From positions 1 through 57,047 of the IMG/VR virus record IMGVR_UViG_3300018080_000022: a DNA stretch of 57,047 bases. One strand, written 5' to 3'. This document shows, piece after piece, positions 52,874 through 57,047 of the stretch. The stretch is from a virus. Lineage: Duplodnaviria > Caudoviricetes. The translations under genes and the position numbers were made by a program. Positions within the stretch are counted from its first letter, which is position 1, and each line of letters starts with the position of its first letter. Under the pieces are notes generated by a model. It made no database searches. It saw nothing but the letters and a program-made list of their open reading frames with translations, and had not been told where the DNA came from.

Positions 52874-53275
52874 CTAAAACAGAGTGCCCGGCGTCGCCGG
52901 TTTCGGGTCTTTCCAGTCGCCTATTACTTTATAGGGTTGCTTCATTAAGCGCATGCCTTGGAAGCCGCGCATAGCTATCGGTTTAATCCACTTCCAGCTT
53001 GAAGCTTCCATAATCGCGTATATCCCCTTCGGCCATTCCCTGCCCGTAGTATCGCAGAGAAACTTGCCGGTTGCTATCCTGCTCACTTCGGCATATCCGC
53101 GGACAAACCCATCCTCGACGTAGAAAACTTTGGAGCCGGGGCCAAAGTCATGAGGAACGAAGGGGAGTTTTCTGAAATACTCTCCACCGCCATCGCGAAT
53201 GCAGTTTGCGGCTTCGCGGGCCGCGTTCTCCATTTCGCTTTTCGGCGTGGTTACAATGACATCTACCTGTGCCAT
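52874..53275 (-). CDS. PUA/ASCH-like protein
   Basis: PG.KV.YV..G.VRGYA...W.W.KPI.MRGFQG.R. Confidence 0.5.
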   Translation of the reverse strand: MAQVDVIVTTPKSEMENAAREAANCIRDGGGEYFRKLPFVPHDFGPGSKVFYVEDGFVRGYAEVSRIATGKFLCDTTGREWPKGIYAIMEASSWKWIKPIAMRGFQGMRLMKQPYKVIGDWKDPKPATPGTLF

Positions 53276-53685
53276 TTTTTGTTCTCCGTTATTATATTCG
53301 CTACTTTGCGTTCGACTTCGAGGAGCCTGCTTTCTATGTCCACGACGCGGGAAAGTAGATGGTTGAAGTTCTCTACGAGCTTGTCAATCGTAGCGGCATT
53401 CGTCCACCTTTCTACCCGCAACCCCATCACGCTCCTGCGCGTCAGCCTGCTTATCTGCTCGGTCGCCGCGGCGGCGTCGTGCTTTCGCAGACTCTTCAAT
53501 CTCTCGTTTTCGCACATACCAAACTCCTCTAATAATCGACTTCCACTTCGCCGTCCGGATTGATGTATTGCATGCCGAACTCGGTCAGTTCCGGCTCGGC
53601 AATGAGTTTATCGCGGAGCTCTTCGAGGCCCTCGATAAGCTTGTTTACCTTGCCGACGTGGCCGCAATATTCCGTTTTAAGAAAA

Positions 53686-54189
53686 TCAATCGCATCCTGG
53701 ATTACCTTCATTTTTCCACCTCAGTAATTCCTTGTTCTCAAAGCGATTGCCGAGCACATCATATTCTTTACGGCAAGTATCCCCCCACGGCAATCCCATC
53801 TGTGATTCTGGATATGTATTTACATCTTTTTCAAGAAATTGCGCTTTTGTCTTACCTATCTCCCAAAGGAAAAACTCGTCATGTTCGATGACCACTTCAT
53901 ATTTATCGCCATAACCATCCCACACTATATCGTGTTCGAAGATTTCTTTATTATCCCTGTCCCTGCGATTAGATGAAAGCATCACTACGAAGTGCGAAGG
54001 GTCGAGCTTTGTTATCATGTCATAACCGCTAATTCCATGTTCGTTTCTTCTAACAAGAAGATGAAGCGCGCCATCGGTATGCATGGCGAAACAAGCACTT
54101 TCATCCGGGCCGCAAAGATAATCTGCGGACTCGCCCGGATAAGTCATTATCTTGCGCTCTTTATCCCAAATTCGCACTCTCGGTTTCAT
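53686..54189 (-). CDS. YopX-family protein
   Basis: R.WDK..K.M, D...KEIFE.DIV, V.GN.FEN.ELL. Confidence 0.85.
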   Translation of the reverse strand: MKPRVRIWDKERKIMTYPGESADYLCGPDESACFAMHTDGALHLLVRRNEHGISGYDMITKLDPSHFVVMLSSNRRDRDNKEIFEHDIVWDGYGDKYEVVIEHDEFFLWEIGKTKAQFLEKDVNTYPESQMGLPWGDTCRKEYDVLGNRFENKELLRWKNEGNPGCD

Positions 54190-54191
54190 CG

Positions 54192-54488
54192 TTATTCTCC
54201 GTCATAAGCTATACTTAGAAACTTATACAGGCAGTATATAACGCCCCTGCTTGACTCCTCTTCCATTATCTCCGATGCGACAGCAGCAGCGCACCACGGA
54301 ATATTAGGGTTTGAAACTTTAATGGAAGCCTCTACGAGTTGCACAAGCAAGCCAAACTGAAAAGAATTAGGATGAGCGGTTCCCCGCTCCCACTTGCTTA
54401 CCGTCATCGGGTGCACTCCCACAAGAGAGGCGAGTTGTTTTTGTGATATCCCGAGGGTTTCGCGCAGTTTTTTATAGTATATCAGCAT
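54192..54488 (-). CDS. XRE-family HTH regulator
   Basis: LRE.LGISQKQLA.LVGV...TVSKWERG...P. Confidence 0.88.
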   Translation of the reverse strand: MLIYYKKLRETLGISQKQLASLVGVHPMTVSKWERGTAHPNSFQFGLLVQLVEASIKVSNPNIPWCAAAVASEIMEEESSRGVIYCLYKFLSIAYDGE

Positions 54489-54975
54489 TTTCCCTCCCAA
54501 TACGGGCAAGTCCAGTCCTCGGTATGCGCGCGGTCGTATGCCTCGTAGAAGTCGAAGCCTTCGGGGATTTCCGGGCTCTCGCAATCGAAGCTGTCGGCCG
54601 GATAGCCATCGCCTTCCTCGTTGTAACCGGGGTTAAAAATCCCCGAGAACCACTTGCAGTTATCGCAAGTCTTGTAAGTCTTCTTCGGCGGCCTGTTGGT
54701 TTCCGTGAAAAGCGCGCAGACGAGCGCGCCGACTATAACACCCGTCATAAACCCGGCAAGCGATGCAATCCAGCCGTCTATCGCAAGCCCCAGGAGCCAT
54801 CCGCCTATCACCAACGATGTAAAATACACCCAGGGCGAAGCGTCTTCGCTGCAATCTTCGAGCGGATGACCGCAATGAGGGCACTTCATGTCCCTTATCG
54901 GCTCGCGGGTGCGTATCATGTACCCGAGCCCGCAGTACGCCTTGCAGAAGCTATTCCAGCAATGATACTTGTATT

Positions 54976-55209
54976 TCATGGCTTTATCTCTTTTGCGGTA
55001 AAAATAGGCTCCATCTCGACCGTTACGGAGAACTTTTTGACATTTCCGTTTTTGTCGCGCACGGACACATCCGCTTCCGAGAAGTAGTCGTGATGGGGAT
55101 GAACCTTTTCGGCATATATTTCCGCAGCCATCACCATGTCCAAAGCGGATATCTCTTCCGCCGTTTCCTCGTCGTTCCAGTCGTCCATCCAGCAAAAGTA
55201 ATTAGGCAT
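54976..55209 (-). CDS. Small acidic phage protein
   Basis: GGAGG RBS; fits the operon. Confidence 0.55.
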   Translation of the reverse strand: MPNYFCWMDDWNDEETAEEISALDMVMAAEIYAEKVHPHHDYFSEADVSVRDKNGNVKKFSVTVEMEPIFTAKEIKP

Positions 55210-55620
55210 TATACTTCCTCCGTGCTGGCTCTCAGAAGCCTGCTATTGCCCTTCTCCTCTTCGTAGAGAATCGCTCTGCGGCAGAGCTCGTTTGTCGCTT
55301 CCGCCTGCGTTCCCTCGAAAACACCGGCCTTCTCGAAGTCTATCTTCTCGCCGTTCTCGTTGAGGCTGAAGACCTTGCTACTCAGGTCGGCATACCGAAA
55401 CTTCCAGGTTTTAATGGTCTTTCTCGCCATCGGCTACATCCTTACTCCGGTAAGGTTCTTATGCGCGCGGGCGCGGAGTCGCTTCCACGTCTGCTCGTCG
55501 CTTTCCGTGTAGCCCGCGGCGCGAAGAGCCTCCGAAACCTTGCGGGTAACCTCCGGGCGCTTGGGGTAAATGGACACCCGTATAAACCCGTCGCGCATGT
55601 AGCTCCTGCCGATGAAATAT

Positions 55621-56046
55621 TTAATCGAGCTTTTCATCTTGGCCATCGCCTTCTCCTTTCAGCTCATCTTTTACCATGCCTGCTATGTTCTTGCCGCTGA
55701 AAAACACGGTCAAGTCGCTGTAGCGGGCGATTTTCGCCACGGCACGCTGATGCAGCTTCAGAAGCCCCTTCTTCTTGACCGGCCACTTGCCCTTGAAGTG
55801 TTTCACCATCGACTTGCTGTTAAGGTAGAGCTCGACCGGCGTGTTCGCGAGGCCAAACAGGCTCAGCCCATTCTCAAGTGCCTGGATGACGGCAATGTAC
55901 TGCGCCTCCTGGGCACTTCTACACTCCTCGGTAATCTCGCCGCGGCCCGCGGCGAGAAGAGCTCCATCCGCGTCGTAGGAAATCATATACATAATTCCCT
56001 CGTCGCCAAGCGCGCCATCGCAATAAATCTTTACCGGCTGTCCCAT
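55621..56046 (-). CDS. RNase HI-like protein, degenerate catalytic site
   Basis: IYCDGA; AQEAQY.A.I.ALE (usually N.AEY); NSK.MV (usually DS.LV); G.W.VK. Confidence 0.7.
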   Translation of the reverse strand: MGQPVKIYCDGALGDEGIMYMISYDADGALLAAGRGEITEECRSAQEAQYIAVIQALENGLSLFGLANTPVELYLNSKSMVKHFKGKWPVKKKGLLKLHQRAVAKIARYSDLTVFFSGKNIAGMVKDELKGEGDGQDEKLD

Positions 56047-56084
56047 AGTAGTTCCTTTCCGCGCAACCTCCGGTTACGGCATTT

Positions 56085-56780
56085 CTATTGCGCTCCCAGG
56101 TCGCCGAAGACGGCGGGCATGAGAACTTTGAATTTTTCGAGAACCGCTTGCATAATTTCTCTGATTTCCCATTGAGCGCGCGGGTTCAGCGCGCGGTGTT
56201 TGAAGACATGCCGCCATTGCCGCAGGTTGAAGGTGGTCACGACCTCGGTCTTCGTGGCATTCGGGAGCACGAAACGCGCGTTCTCGGGCCGCATTCCCTC
56301 TCTAAGCAGGTGGAGATAGGTGCTGTACGCCTGGTAAACCGTTTCGAGCCATTGCGCCTTGTTATTCATCTTGCACTTTATGTCCTTCTGGCGAGTCCAG
56401 TCGGCGAAGCCGTTGCGCTCATATTTGCCGCCGGGGAGCTCCAAGCCTCGCGGGGCTATCACCTGGAAGCCGAGCTTGCCGTAGTCGCAGTATCGCTGGC
56501 TTTCCTGGCTATACGCGGCGATGCGGTGCCTGACGAGTTGATGGCTACATGCGCGGCTGCAAAAGATTTTCACCGTGATGACGCAATGCTCGATTACGCT
56601 CTCGTGACCGCTCCTAATAAGCTTGCGCACGAAGTCTTCCGCGCTGCCCGCCTCGGCCCTGACCTCGCTTTTATAGCACGTCCGGCCCGCGAGCTCAAGA
56701 ATGTCCATCATCCCGTCGAACCACTTCACCGGCGTAAACAAAGAATACCCCGGTTCCACTACCGTTATCATTTCCGCCAT
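56085..56780 (-). CDS. thyX: FAD-dependent thymidylate synthase
   Basis: GHESVIEH; SR..SHQLVRHR...YSQESQRY; ARFVLPNA; AQWEIR. Confidence 0.97.
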   Translation of the reverse strand: MAEMITVVEPGYSLFTPVKWFDGMMDILELAGRTCYKSEVRAEAGSAEDFVRKLIRSGHESVIEHCVITVKIFCSRACSHQLVRHRIAAYSQESQRYCDYGKLGFQVIAPRGLELPGGKYERNGFADWTRQKDIKCKMNNKAQWLETVYQAYSTYLHLLREGMRPENARFVLPNATKTEVVTTFNLRQWRHVFKHRALNPRAQWEIREIMQAVLEKFKVLMPAVFGDLGAQ

Positions 56781-57003
56781 CCCTATTCCTCCTTTTCCTT
56801 GTCTTTGCGGCCCGGCACCAGGCGCAGGTGTAGAGCCAGTACGAAAACGCCTCTATCTCCTTTTTGGAACAAAAATCTATCCTGACCATCTTCTTCGTGT
56901 AATTCTCGTGCGGAAAATGATGCAAAACCCCCTTCAAGCGCTTCGTCCGCCCGCAATACACGCAGCGTTTATGAGTCGGCTCCGGCAGGTTTTTGTTAAT
57001 CAT
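56695..57003 (-). CDS. Small zinc-finger protein
   Basis: CVYC..CAWC; its start follows the stop of 82-1053 across the circular junction. Confidence 0.55.
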   Translation of the reverse strand: MINKNLPEPTHKRCVYCGRTKRLKGVLHHFPHENYTKKMVRIDFCSKKEIEAFSYWLYTCAWCRAAKTRKRRNRDGGNDNGSGTGVFFVYAGEVVRRDDGHS

Positions 57004-57047
57004 GGTTATTCCCCGAGCAGCTTAGTCAATCCGCTTCGAATTTTCTT

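Noticed and set aside
56925-57047. Biological terminal repeat of a linear genome
   Set aside because: A short exact overlap cutting through coding sequence is more simply an assembler circularisation overlap; circular versus permuted linear cannot be decided here

Overview
The window is a complete circular contig: bases 1-123 recur as 56925-57047, giving a unit length of about 56.9 kb. It reads as a bacterial dsDNA virus, with GGAGG ribosome-binding sites, sigma70-like promoters, thyX, a LexA-like HTH protein and a lipoprotein. Two divergent arms start from a control region at about 14.4-14.9 kb and converge near 38.3-38.6 kb. The leftward arm (about 33 kb through the junction) holds many small early, replication and repair genes. 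These include a zinc-finger/TOPRIM/P-loop primase-helicase with an iteron array inside its 3' end, an SplB-like radical SAM enzyme, a DenV-like glycosylase, NUDIX, a Dam-like methylase and ThyX. The rightward arm (about 23 kb) looks like the virion module of a tailless, probably membrane-containing virus: a transglutaminase-like protein, many membrane proteins, a very basic protein, two tandem paralogous ~207-aa beta-rich candidate single-jelly-roll capsid proteins, further beta-rich proteins and a beta-helix spike. I recognise no terminase, portal, HK97 capsid, tail, packaging ATPase, integrase or DNA polymerase. Two features stand out. First, virion-arm proteins, including two large multi-domain proteins, are punctuated by recurring NP and G-[LM]-[GS] motifs, suggesting a polyprotein processing or cargo-loading system. 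Second, there are several families of repeated, covarying structured RNA elements. All protein calls come from motif recognition by eye, not database searches.
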